Shown here in pieces: positions 31,601-40,111 of a DNA stretch of 64,000 nucleotides (its first letter is position 1; every line of letters begins with the position of its first letter). A program made the position numbers and the translations under genes. Under the pieces are notes generated by a model that made no database searches, was not told the origin of the DNA, and saw only the letters and a list, made by a program, of their open reading frames with translations. The DNA comes from an uncultured Bacillota bacterium (GTDB taxonomy: Bacteria > Bacillota_I > Bacilli_A > RF39 > UBA660), in the NCBI GenBank assembly GCA_942493215.1, contig OW818670.1:523298-587297 (forward strand). The letters are read 5' to 3'.

Positions 31601-33740
31601 GACTAAAGATGGTGGTAAAACCGAAATTTGTACTGTTACCGTAAAAGACCCCAGCAATACCGTGGTAAAAGTAAAGAGCGTATCATTAGATAAGTCAAAT
31701 GTTGGACTTTTACCAAATCAAACAATAACTTTAGTAGCAACTATTAATCCAAGCACAGCTACTAATAAAAATATAACATGGACAAGTAGTGATAAAGATA
31801 TTGCCTCAGTAGATAGTAGTGGTACAGTAAAAGGAAATAGAGTTGGAACAGCGACTATTACCGTTACAACCAAAGATGGTAAAAAAACGGCTAAATGTAA
31901 GATAACCGTTAAAAAATATGAAAATGGTAATATTAGTGTTAGTAGTATATCATTAGATAAAGAAAAGATAACCATTGATACAGGAAAAACCTATACTTTA
32001 AAACCAACTATTAAACCAGATAATGCTACAATTAAAGATGTAATATGGAGTAGTAATAGCACAAGTGTTGCAACAGTTAATGAAAAAGGTGTTGTTACAG
32101 CCTTAAAAGCCGGTAAAGCAACTATTACCGCTACAACTAAAGATGGTGGTAAAAAGGCTACATGTACTGTTGAGGTAAAAACAGCAATTGTAGCTGTCAG
32201 TGGAGTAGTCTTAAATAAAACTAATATGGAGATTAATCTTGGTGAGACAGCTACATTAGTTGCTAACGTAGTACCAAGTACTGCCACCAACCAATCAGTA
32301 ACATGGAAGAGTGGTAATATTAAAGTTGCATCAGTTAACAAAAACGGTATTATTAAAGGCTTAAAAATAGGAACAGCAACTATTACTGTTACAACCAAAG
32401 ATGGCAGTAAAACAGCCACATGTACTGTTACCGTAAAAGATCCAACAGTATTTGTTAATAGCGTAAGCTTAAATAAAAAAGAATTAGAGATAAATATTGG
32501 TGAAGCTACAACTTTAGTAGCAACTATTAATCCAAGTACTGCCACTAATAAAGCAGTTGTATGGGGAAGCAGTGATTCTAAAGTAGCTAAAGTTGATAAA
32601 AATGGTTCTGTCACAGCCTTAAAGGTTGGATCAGCAGTTATCACAGTTAAAACTAGAGATGGTAGTAAAACAGCACAATGCAAAGTAACAGTAAAAGATC
32701 CAAATATATATGTAGATGCGGTGACTTTAGATAAAACAGACATTGGACTGAATGCAGGCAGCTCATTAAATTTGGCTGCGACTGTAAGTCCAAGTAATGC
32801 TACCAATAGAGCAGTTATATGGGGAAGCAGTGATGATAAAGTAGCCAAAGTTGATGGCAATGGTTTAGTAAAAGGCTTAAAGACAGGCACAGCAACCATT
32901 ACTGTTAAGACTAAAGATGGTGGCAAAATAGCCAAATGCCGTGTCGAAGTTAAAAAATATACAAATGGTGTTGTTAGTGTTAGAGAAATATCTTTAGACA
33001 AAGAAAAAATGATTATTTATTCTGGTGCATCTTATAAACTGATTCCAACCATAAAACCAGATAATGCAGCCGTTAAAGATATAACATGGACAAGTAATAA
33101 TCCAAGTGTTGCTACAGTTGATAAGAACGGTGTTGTTAGAGGTATAAAAGTTGGAACTGCGACTATTACAGCCAAAACTACTAGTGGTGGTAAAACCGTT
33201 ACTTGTAAGGTAGAAGTAAGAAAAGCTGTATTAGGAGTAGTATTAAGCAAAACAAGTATGACAGTTTATACTAGTCAAACTGCAACTTTAGTAGCAGTTG
33301 TTAATCCAAGTGATGCTACGGATAGAACTATAACATGGTCAAGTAGTAATCCAACCGTTGCTTCGGTTGACAAAAATGGTATGGTAAGAGGTATAAGTGT
33401 TGGATCAGCAGTTATCACCGTTAAAACTAATGATGGTGGTAAAACTGCAACCTGTAATGTTACAGTTGCATTATTGCCCAACACACCTATAAAAGTAACT
33501 GGTGTATCCTTTAGTCAAAAGAGTTATAGTATTGGCAAAAATAAAACGATAACATTAAGTCCAATAATAACACCAAGCAATGCTACTAATAAGGCTGTTA
33601 CTTGGAAAAGCAGTAATAGTAAAGTTGCTTCAGTAGATAGCAGTGGTCTTGTTAAAGGCAACAGCGCTGGAACTATTACCATAACGGTTACAACCCAAGA
33701 TGGTAAGAAAACAGCAACCTGTAAGATAGTAGTTAAATAA
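28668..33740 (+). CDS. Giant cell-surface protein with about 20 tandem Big_2 (bacterial Ig-like group 2) domains and an N-terminal signal anchor
   Basis: The ORF runs 28608..33740. Start moved to ATG 28668 because it has GGAGTG upstream, whereas the TTG at 28608 lies upstream of the TGTGGTAATAT extended -10. Each repeated domain of about 80-90 aa carries ...ATN..V.W.SS...VA.VD..G.V.G.K.GTATITV.T.DG.K.A.C.V.VK. No LPXTG motif or C-terminal anchor. Confidence 0.8.
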   Translation: MQEKYFKTSHLLIITIVIMVITGVVWFFLSNSQKVQEIEVSNANIALSPGEIFVLRTNTQPISSTDLEYESSNPNIASINDSGIITANTAGTVQITVTSRQTGVSTTCDLTVSNDVLKATSVSFSNSTLSVDKNSKHLLKIVVSPTGAKVPTLTFRSSDYNIVSVDSYGYITANNYGQATIYAEGEVNGVQIVTTTQVTVTNNVDSPNNIVQTLSLSETSLTIKTGDNHQLFANNNQQVNWTSSDNSVATVDSAGIITAIKQGNIKITATTTDNKLSASCNLNVINNTVSVTGITLNRTDAQLYVGNRITLQASVAPNNATEKGIKWESSDNSIATVDSYGVVTGISEGNVVITVITASGNKTAVSNITVKQAPQAVASVNVNGISLDKTNIELGINGTLTLVATINPANATNKDVTWSSGNTGIATVNNNGLVTGIKEGTTTITVTTRDGGKTATCTVIIKKSQSTVISPSSVTLDQNNVIIRVNEILTLKPTITPNNASNLGVTWKSSNGDVASVDSSGTIKGNKVGTATITVTTKDGGKSTTCKVTVKSRLDTSIDVSRITLDKTNIELNVKGKIKLTATIKPDNATNKGVKWSSSDSKVASVDSNGNVTGKKAGKATITVITKDGGKKATCVVVVKKQQNPTINVSSVSLNKTNMQINIGQTGTLVATTIPNNATNQSVTWKSSNVKVATVNKYGFVTAIKAGTTVITVKTKDGGKTAICTVVVKDPASEIVKVKSVSLDKTEVGLLPNQTITLVATINPSTATNKNITWTSSDKDIASVDSSGTVKGNRVGTATITVTTKDGKKTAKCKITVKKYENGNISVSSISLNKEKITIDTGKTYTLKPTIKPDNATIKDVIWSSNNTSVATVNEKGVVTGIKAGNATITATTKDSGKKDTCKVEVKTAIVAVSDVSLNKTNMQINIGETATLVAEVIPTSATNQSVTWTSDNSKVASVNKYGVVKGVKAGTATITVKTKDGGKTEICTVTVKDPSNTVVKVKSVSLDKSNVGLLPNQTITLVATINPSTATNKNITWTSSDKDIASVDSSGTVKGNRVGTATITVTTKDGKKTAKCKITVKKYENGNISVSSISLDKEKITIDTGKTYTLKPTIKPDNATIKDVIWSSNSTSVATVNEKGVVTALKAGKATITATTKDGGKKATCTVEVKTAIVAVSGVVLNKTNMEINLGETATLVANVVPSTATNQSVTWKSGNIKVASVNKNGIIKGLKIGTATITVTTKDGSKTATCTVTVKDPTVFVNSVSLNKKELEINIGEATTLVATINPSTATNKAVVWGSSDSKVAKVDKNGSVTALKVGSAVITVKTRDGSKTAQCKVTVKDPNIYVDAVTLDKTDIGLNAGSSLNLAATVSPSNATNRAVIWGSSDDKVAKVDGNGLVKGLKTGTATITVKTKDGGKIAKCRVEVKKYTNGVVSVREISLDKEKMIIYSGASYKLIPTIKPDNAAVKDITWTSNNPSVATVDKNGVVRGIKVGTATITAKTTSGGKTVTCKVEVRKAVLGVVLSKTSMTVYTSQTATLVAVVNPSDATDRTITWSSSNPTVASVDKNGMVRGISVGSAVITVKTNDGGKTATCNVTVALLPNTPIKVTGVSFSQKSYSIGKNKTITLSPIITPSNATNKAVTWKSSNSKVASVDSSGLVKGNSAGTITITVTTQDGKKTATCKIVVK
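30586..32460. repeat. Intragenic tandem array of 792-bp units (three Big_2 domains per unit) with near-identical cores
   Basis: 30873-31312 and 31665-32104 are about 97% identical. The track shows identical 85-aa antisense ORFs 30926..31183 and 31718..31975, exactly 792 bp apart. Flanking C-type domains at 30586, 31380 and 32170 are more diverged. Confidence 0.85.
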
Positions 33741-33765
33741 AAATATTTATTAAATAAAGCCTTGG

Positions 33766-33800
33766 AAGAAGTAGCTATATTCTACTTCTTTTTTATTATT
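33766..33800 (+). terminator. Terminator after the giant Big_2 gene
   Basis: GAAGAAGTAG-ctatat-CTACTTCTT followed by TTTTTATT. Confidence 0.65.
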
Positions 33801-33954
33801 AAAATAACTTTGACAGTTATTACATAAATAATGATAAAAAACATTATACAAAAAAGTTATTTTGTGCTAATATATTGTAATCAATGAAAAATAATAATGA
33901 AATTGAAAAAAATCTTAAAATGTGCTAATATCTTTAGAAGGGGAAGTGTGTTTT

Positions 33955-35865
33955 ATGGAAAGTAATGATAGAAATCCAATTTTTACCAAAAGAAATATTA
34001 TAATTGGTGGTGCTGTTTTACTATTATTAATAATAGCAATATTTTTTCTAGTGGCCTGCAATCGGAAGACAAAGGTTGAAAAAATTGAAGTTTCCCAAAC
34101 TAATCTTAGTATTGCTCCTGGAGAAACTTTCCTTTTAAAATCTAATGTTTATCCATCTAATGCTAGTAATAAGGATTTACAATATACATCAACTGATCCT
34201 AGTGTCGCTACGGTCGATGATAAAGGTATGATTACTGCTTTAAAGGCGGGGAAAACACAGATTGTTATAAAGTCACCAGATACTGATTTTGTAGCCGCAT
34301 GTGATATTGTAATATCTAATAATCCTGATACAGCCACAGCTATAAATTTTGATAATTCGGATATAACAATTAATAGGGGAATGAAGCAATTATTAACAAC
34401 AAGAATTACCCCAGATACAGCTAAAGTACCAACCTTAATGTTTGCTAGTAGTAATTCTAATATTGTAAGCGTTGATAAAGATGGTTACATAGTTGGTAAT
34501 GCCATAGGAACGGCTATCATAACAGTAACAGGAAATAGTGGCACAAGTAATAACCTAACAACAACTACTAAAGTGACGGTTGTAGAATCTAGTCAAAATA
34601 ATAATCCTGATAATAATGTTGGCGTAACAGGGATAACTTTAAATAAAACTAGTCTTTCTTTAGACGAAGGCAAAGAGTATCAGCTAGTAGCAGATCTGAC
34701 AGCGACAGGTGGTATACCAACAGTGACTTGGAATAGTAGTAATCCTAATGCTGCAATAGTTGATAAAACAGGACGTGTAACAGCTGTAAAAGCCGGAACT
34801 GCCACAATAACTGCAACCGCCGGTGGTAAAACAGTCACAACAACGGTAACGGTAGTTAGCCCATCTACTAGCAATAATACTACTGATAATACCAATCCAA
34901 ATAATACTAATAGTGATAACAGTGGTTCTAATAACAACAATACTAATACTAATACTGATAATTCCAATACCAACACTAACACTAACACAAATACCAATCC
35001 TAGTCCAAGTGATACTAGTACACCTAGCATTAGTTTCAAAGTAACGGGAACACAAGGTAATAGTGGATGGTATAAATCAGTTGTTACTTTAGGTGTAACA
35101 ATAGGTAATTCAACTAATGTTACTGCTAAATATTGCGTTGTTAGTGCGGGATCTACTTGTACACCATCTAAAACAATTCCTACTAATGGAATTACCATTG
35201 GTAATGGTAAATGGGTATTATATTTTAATGCTACAAATAATGTTAACAAAAAAATAACTACAACAAGTAAACAAATTAATGTTGATTTTAGTGCTCCAAT
35301 ATGCAAATATGATGTAAGCGATGAATGGGAAGATAACAAAAAAGTTACTTTTTCAGCTGTCGATTATATAAGTGATGTTAGGGGAATAAGATATAATGGT
35401 TATATGTTTCTTGTTACTTCTAAATATATCATTGAACCAGATGGAACATATTCTATGACTTGTGAGGATATAGCGGGGAATACTGCAACCGCAACCGTTA
35501 GAATTATTTCCCAAACAGAATATGCTTATCGTACTTGTAAATCTTGTACTATTACATCGTATAATGCCTGGATAAAGAAAAGTCAAAGTTGTTATACAAT
35601 TAATAAGACACCAAGTAAATATAATGCTGAAAAGGACGGAATGCTTGAATATTATGAGTGTACCCTACAATCAGGTACAGGCAATGGCTGTACCAAAGGA
35701 CAATATTATTGCCGTTATTATACAAGAACAGTAGTAAGAAATTGTTTAACAGGTTGTGTAACTTGGAGTCCATGGAGTGATTACTCAACAATTATTCAAA
35801 ATGCCCTTAGAACAAAATATCAATATAAAGAGATAAAAAAACGTACAACATATAATGTTGGATAA
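33955..35865 (+). CDS. Paralogous Big_2 surface protein with N/T-rich low-complexity linker and novel Cys-rich C-terminal domain
   Basis: ORF from 33922. Start taken at ATG 33955 (MESNDRNPIF), preceded by AGAAGGGGAAG. N-terminal anchor and first Big_2 domains are paralogous to the 28668 gene. Linker NTNTNTDNSNTNTNTNTNTNPSPS. C-terminal region of about 280 aa has 11 Cys. Confidence 0.75.
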   Translation: MESNDRNPIFTKRNIIIGGAVLLLLIIAIFFLVACNRKTKVEKIEVSQTNLSIAPGETFLLKSNVYPSNASNKDLQYTSTDPSVATVDDKGMITALKAGKTQIVIKSPDTDFVAACDIVISNNPDTATAINFDNSDITINRGMKQLLTTRITPDTAKVPTLMFASSNSNIVSVDKDGYIVGNAIGTAIITVTGNSGTSNNLTTTTKVTVVESSQNNNPDNNVGVTGITLNKTSLSLDEGKEYQLVADLTATGGIPTVTWNSSNPNAAIVDKTGRVTAVKAGTATITATAGGKTVTTTVTVVSPSTSNNTTDNTNPNNTNSDNSGSNNNNTNTNTDNSNTNTNTNTNTNPSPSDTSTPSISFKVTGTQGNSGWYKSVVTLGVTIGNSTNVTAKYCVVSAGSTCTPSKTIPTNGITIGNGKWVLYFNATNNVNKKITTTSKQINVDFSAPICKYDVSDEWEDNKKVTFSAVDYISDVRGIRYNGYMFLVTSKYIIEPDGTYSMTCEDIAGNTATATVRIISQTEYAYRTCKSCTITSYNAWIKKSQSCYTINKTPSKYNAEKDGMLEYYECTLQSGTGNGCTKGQYYCRYYTRTVVRNCLTGCVTWSPWSDYSTIIQNALRTKYQYKEIKKRTTYNVG

Positions 35866-35933
35866 TATTTATCTCTTTTTTCTTGAAAAAATAACAATCA
35901 TAATATATAATTAAGAAAGATAGGAGTGGTAAT

Positions 35934-36599
35934 GTGCGAAATTCTGGTTTTACTCTAGTAGAGGTATTAACGGTTACTATTATTTTAGGAGCCATTGCGC
36001 TTATTACTATCCCAACCATTGATCGTTTGATGAAAAATTCTAATCAAAAAACCTATGAAGCTCAAGTTGATAACATAAAAGATGCTGCTAAACAGTGGTC
36101 AACCAATAACCCTGAACACTTACCAAATGATATTGGGAGTACAACTGTTGTTGAGCTTAGAACTCTTAAACAAACGGGATATATTAATATGAAAATATTA
36201 AATCCCTTAACCAAGGCTTATTTTTATGATAATACTTATGTTGTTATAACTAAACGATATAATAATTATACCTATGATGTTACTGTCACTGATACACCAG
36301 ATGAAAATGATCAGGTCTATAGTGCTTCATATGAACTTTTACCAGTAATATCTTTAAACGGTGTCTTACCAACCACAACTATAGAGAGAAGTAGTAGTTA
36401 TACTATTGCTCAAAGTGATATAACAGCTACAGCTACAGGCACAAAAACAATTGATCATATCGATATTGATATAAGTAAAAATGGATTAAAAGTTACTTCT
36501 ATTGATACCTCATCTGAAGCAACATATATTGTTACTTATAAAGCTTATGATAGCGACAATTTAAGTGCCATAATACAAAGAATAATAATAGTAAGTTAA
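35934..36599 (+). CDS. Type IV pilin-like / pseudopilin-like protein (prepilin N-terminal cleavage/methylation motif)
   Basis: GTG start 7 nt after AGGAG. N-terminus (M)RNSG|FTLVEVLTVTIILGAIALI is the class-III signal: G-1, F+1, E+5, hydrophobic helix. 221 aa. Confidence 0.65.
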   Translation: MRNSGFTLVEVLTVTIILGAIALITIPTIDRLMKNSNQKTYEAQVDNIKDAAKQWSTNNPEHLPNDIGSTTVVELRTLKQTGYINMKILNPLTKAYFYDNTYVVITKRYNNYTYDVTVTDTPDENDQVYSASYELLPVISLNGVLPTTTIERSSSYTIAQSDITATATGTKTIDHIDIDISKNGLKVTSIDTSSEATYIVTYKAYDSDNLSAIIQRIIIVS

Positions 36600-36602
36600 A
36601 AT

Positions 36603-36630
36603 AAAAGAGGTTACCTCTTTTATTTATTTT
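36603..36630 (+). terminator. Terminator after the pilin-like gene
   Basis: AAAAGAGG-tta-CCTCTTTT followed by ATTTATTTT. Confidence 0.7.
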
Positions 36631-36709
36631 GACCTTAAAAAAAGATAGCTTTATATTGTTAATTATGGTAAAATATTAATTGGATATAAATTAGAAATTT
36701 GGTGATGAT

Positions 36710-37495
36710 ATGGGAAAAATTATAGCACTTGTAAACCAAAAAGGTGGTGTTGGTAAAACAACATCAAGTATAAATTTAGCTGCCTCTTTAGGTTTTCTTA
36801 AGAAAAAGGTTTTACTAGTTGATCTAGATCCCCAAGGTAACACAACAACGGGAATTGGTGTAAATAAAGCCGATATTTCTAAAAGCATATATGATTTATT
36901 AATAGATCAAGCAGAATTAAAAGATGTTATAGTTAAAAGTAATTTTAAAAATTTATATATTCTTCCAGCTACGATAAATTTAGCTGGTGCGGATATTGAA
37001 TTAATGGATAAAAGTCGAACTGAACCAGGTTTTGCTAAAGGCGGACAATTGAAAAAATATCTTGATGCAACAAGAGAATATTTTGATTACATAATTATTG
37101 ATTGTCCACCTTCTTTAGGTATTTTAACAACTAATGCTTTAACAGCAGCTGATTCTGTTATTATACCAGTTCAATGTGAATTCTTTGCTTTAGAAGGTAT
37201 TATGCAATTATTAAATACTATTATGTTAGCTCAAAAGAATTTAAATCCTAAACTCGATATTGAAGGTGTATTATTAACAATGTTAGATAATCGAACTAAT
37301 TTAGGATTAGAAGTAGTTGAAGATATTAAAGGATATTTTAAAGAACGAGTATATGATACGATTATTCCTCGTTTAGTTCGTCTATCAGAAGCTCCAAGTC
37401 ATGGTAAACCAATTATTGCTTATGATCCTCAAAGCAGAGGAACAGAAGCTTATTTAAATTTAGCTAAGGAAGTGATTGCACGAAATGGAAAATAA
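36710..37495 (+). CDS. parA: Chromosome partitioning ATPase ParA/Soj
   Basis: 261 aa. Deviant Walker A KGGVGKTT. Confidence 0.9.
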   Translation: MGKIIALVNQKGGVGKTTSSINLAASLGFLKKKVLLVDLDPQGNTTTGIGVNKADISKSIYDLLIDQAELKDVIVKSNFKNLYILPATINLAGADIELMDKSRTEPGFAKGGQLKKYLDATREYFDYIIIDCPPSLGILTTNALTAADSVIIPVQCEFFALEGIMQLLNTIMLAQKNLNPKLDIEGVLLTMLDNRTNLGLEVVEDIKGYFKERVYDTIIPRLVRLSEAPSHGKPIIAYDPQSRGTEAYLNLAKEVIARNGK

Positions 37496-38363
37496 AAAAA
37501 GAGCCCTTGGTCGAGGTCTAGAGCAATTATTTAATAGTGAAAACCTTGATGTTGAAAGTATTGAAAGACAAATATATGAAACAAGTAGTGCAGAAGAGAT
37601 TATTGATGTTAATCTTGATGAATTAAGACCTAATCCTTATCAGCCACGTAAAACTTTTAACGAAGAAAGTTTACAGGAATTATCAGATTCGATAAAAGAA
37701 CATGGTGTTTTTCAACCAATTATTATTAAAAAAAGTATTAAAGGCTATGAAATTATTGCTGGTGAAAGACGAGTAAGAGCTAGTCGTATGGCTGGTTTGA
37801 CAAAGATACCAGCCATTGTTAGACCATTTACTGATACACAAATGATGGAAATAGCTTTATTAGAAAATCTTCAACGGGAAAATTTAAATGCCATTGAAGA
37901 AGCTAATGCTTACAAAGCTATGCTTGATAATCTAAATTTGACACAGGAAGATCTAGCTCGTAAGGTAGGCAAAAGTCGTAGTCATTTAACTAATGTATTA
38001 GGATTATTAAGACTACCAAAATCAGTTCAAGAACTAGTTATGAATAATAAGATATCAATGGGTCATGCTCGTGTTTTAAGCAAATTAGAAGACGATGAAA
38101 CGATAATCTTATTGGCTAACAAAGTTGTTAATGAAGATTTAGCAGTTCGTGATATTGAAAAAATGGCTAGTGATCCTCATTTTGAACGTAAAAATAAGGT
38201 TATACGCCAAAAACTTGTCAATCAAGAACTAAAACACGTTGAAGATATGATGCGAGAAAAACTAGATACTAAAGTAAGAATAAAAGATCGGAAGATTGAA
38301 ATATCATATACTAATATAGCAGATTTAAATCGCATACTGGAAATTATTGATATAAGGGAATGA
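37485..38363 (+). CDS. parB: Chromosome partitioning protein ParB/Spo0J
   Basis: ORF from TTG 37476. ATG 37485 (MENKKRALGRGLEQLF) matches Spo0J N-termini. Arginine patch GERRVRAS and HTH. No parS-like CACGTG core inside the gene. Confidence 0.85.
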   Translation: MENKKRALGRGLEQLFNSENLDVESIERQIYETSSAEEIIDVNLDELRPNPYQPRKTFNEESLQELSDSIKEHGVFQPIIIKKSIKGYEIIAGERRVRASRMAGLTKIPAIVRPFTDTQMMEIALLENLQRENLNAIEEANAYKAMLDNLNLTQEDLARKVGKSRSHLTNVLGLLRLPKSVQELVMNNKISMGHARVLSKLEDDETIILLANKVVNEDLAVRDIEKMASDPHFERKNKVIRQKLVNQELKHVEDMMREKLDTKVRIKDRKIEISYTNIADLNRILEIIDIRE

Positions 38364-38367
38364 TAAT

Positions 38368-38553
38368 GTGGATAAAGAATATCAATTAGGTAGCATTGTT
38401 ACTATGAAAAAGGGCCATCCTTGTGGTAGTAATGAATGGGAAATAATTAGAACAGGCGCAGATATTAAAATTAAATGTCGTCAGTGTCAACATGTGGTTA
38501 TGCTACCAAGAATTGAATTTAACAAAAAACTTAAGAAAGTAATTAATAAGTAG
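38368..38553 (+). CDS. DUF951 family small protein (YyzM-like)
   Basis: 61 aa. HPCGSNEW and CRQC motifs. Conserved location right after parB in Firmicutes. GTG start. Confidence 0.65.
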   Translation: MDKEYQLGSIVTMKKGHPCGSNEWEIIRTGADIKIKCRQCQHVVMLPRIEFNKKLKKVINK

Positions 38554-38561
38554 GTGAAAAT

Positions 38562-40094
38562 ATGGCAAGAAAAAAACATAGTATCTTTTTAGGCCCTATT
38601 TTGGTTATTTTAATTATGATTATTATTGTTGCACTATGCAGTCTAATATTTTCATTAATAGGTATAAGTGGGCAACAAACTATTATTAATGGTGAAGAGA
38701 TAAAAACAACATTGGTATCGGTTAATAATTTAATTTCTAAACAAGGAATAAAGTTTATATTCTCTAATGTTGTTATTAATCTTCAATTGTTTGAGCCGTT
38801 GTTTTTGTTAATTATATCATTAATAGGTATTAGCATTGGTGAGGCAAGTGGTTTATTTAAAAACCTTTTTATGCCTTTTCATCGTGTTAAAATATCAATT
38901 ATTATAATGATAACTTTGATTGTTGGAATAATTAGTAATATATTAGGTCCTGCTGCTTATGCTTTATTGCTACCATTAGCGGGAATATTTTATAAAGATA
39001 TTGGTCGTAATCCAATGCTTGGGATTATAACTATGTTTATAGCACTTACCATTGGCCAAGGCGCAGGTTTAGTGTTTAACGCTGATGAATATGCTTTAGG
39101 ACAATTAACGCAAACAGCTGCCCAATTATCGGTCGACAAAACATTCACATATAATATACTTTCTAATATTTATATTATTATTAGTGCCTTCTTTGTTCTT
39201 GTCTTTATTGGCCACTTTGTTGTTGAAAAATACATTGTTCCTAAAATGTCAAAATGGGAAATGTCAGAAGAAGAAAAGGTAGAAAAAGATCTTCAAAATA
39301 CATCAAAAAAAGCTCTGTATCGGTCTCTTTTGGCATTTATATTAATTATACTTGTAGTCATTTATATGATTATTCCTAATTTACCAGGTAGTGGGATTCT
39401 TCTAGCTAGTGAAGGAACATCATATTTAGATCGTTTATTTGGTGCTGATGCAACATTCACTTCTTCATTATCATTCATAATAGCTTTTACGCTAATGATT
39501 TGTGGTGGGGTATATGGCTTTGTATCACAGAATATTAAAAACATTTACGAATATAATAATTCATTAGAAAAAAGCTTTAAAAGTATATCTTTTGCTTTAG
39601 TTCTTTTCTTTTTCATTGCCCAGTTGATAGGAATACTTAATTACACAAATTTAAATACTATTCTAGCAACAAAATTAATTGATCTAATAAGTTCATTATC
39701 GATGACGGGTTTGCCACTTATTATTTCCTTTTTCATAATAGCCATTATCATAACAATTTTAATTCCAGCTATTACTACGAAATGGATAATAATGTCACCA
39801 ATTGTTGTACCACTTATGATGCGAGCTAATATAACTCCTAATTTGGCTCAATATACTTTTATTGTAGCTGATGGCATTGGAAAGTGTTTAACACCAATAT
39901 TTGGTTATTTTATTTTAATGATTGCATTATTACAAAAGTATAATCAGAATTTTGATAACAAAATAACAATTTTTGGAACATTAAGAAAAATATGGCCAGC
40001 TATAGTCTTATTTATTGTTATTTGGTTATTGGTTATTAGTGGTTGGTATGTAATAGGTATTCCTTTAGGAATTAACACTTTACCAACTTTATAA
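38562..40094 (+). CDS. AbgT-family (p-aminobenzoyl-glutamate/MtrF-like) transporter, candidate
   Basis: 510 aa polytopic. The N-terminal block VSVNNLISKQGIKFIFSNVVINLQLFEPLFLLIISLIGISIGEASGLF resembles the AbgT signature region. Confidence 0.5.
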   Translation: MARKKHSIFLGPILVILIMIIIVALCSLIFSLIGISGQQTIINGEEIKTTLVSVNNLISKQGIKFIFSNVVINLQLFEPLFLLIISLIGISIGEASGLFKNLFMPFHRVKISIIIMITLIVGIISNILGPAAYALLLPLAGIFYKDIGRNPMLGIITMFIALTIGQGAGLVFNADEYALGQLTQTAAQLSVDKTFTYNILSNIYIIISAFFVLVFIGHFVVEKYIVPKMSKWEMSEEEKVEKDLQNTSKKALYRSLLAFILIILVVIYMIIPNLPGSGILLASEGTSYLDRLFGADATFTSSLSFIIAFTLMICGGVYGFVSQNIKNIYEYNNSLEKSFKSISFALVLFFFIAQLIGILNYTNLNTILATKLIDLISSLSMTGLPLIISFFIIAIIITILIPAITTKWIIMSPIVVPLMMRANITPNLAQYTFIVADGIGKCLTPIFGYFILMIALLQKYNQNFDNKITIFGTLRKIWPAIVLFIVIWLLVISGWYVIGIPLGINTLPTL

Positions 40095-40111
40095 GATGAG
40101 GGGGAATTTTA

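Noticed and set aside
28763-35791. Many long antisense ORFs inside the two Big_2 genes (for example 31991..33001, 336 aa; 30098..30655; 34680..35339; the identical pair 30926..31183 and 31718..31975)
   Set aside because: They are hydrophobic, low-complexity translations of the reverse strand of a T/V/A/K-rich repetitive gene. They lack starts with an RBS and mirror the sense-strand repeats exactly. The identical pair simply reports the 792-bp tandem duplication.
21986-36599. Interpretation of the 22-36.6 kb segment as a prophage, ICE or genomic island
   Set aside because: It has no integrase, transposase, tRNA attachment site or flanking direct repeats. It contains core genes (ung, tilS, ftsH) with host-like composition.
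35807-36888. Minus-strand ORFs 35807..36019 and 36691..36888
   Set aside because: They overlap the starts of the pilin-like gene and parA respectively and have no translational signals.
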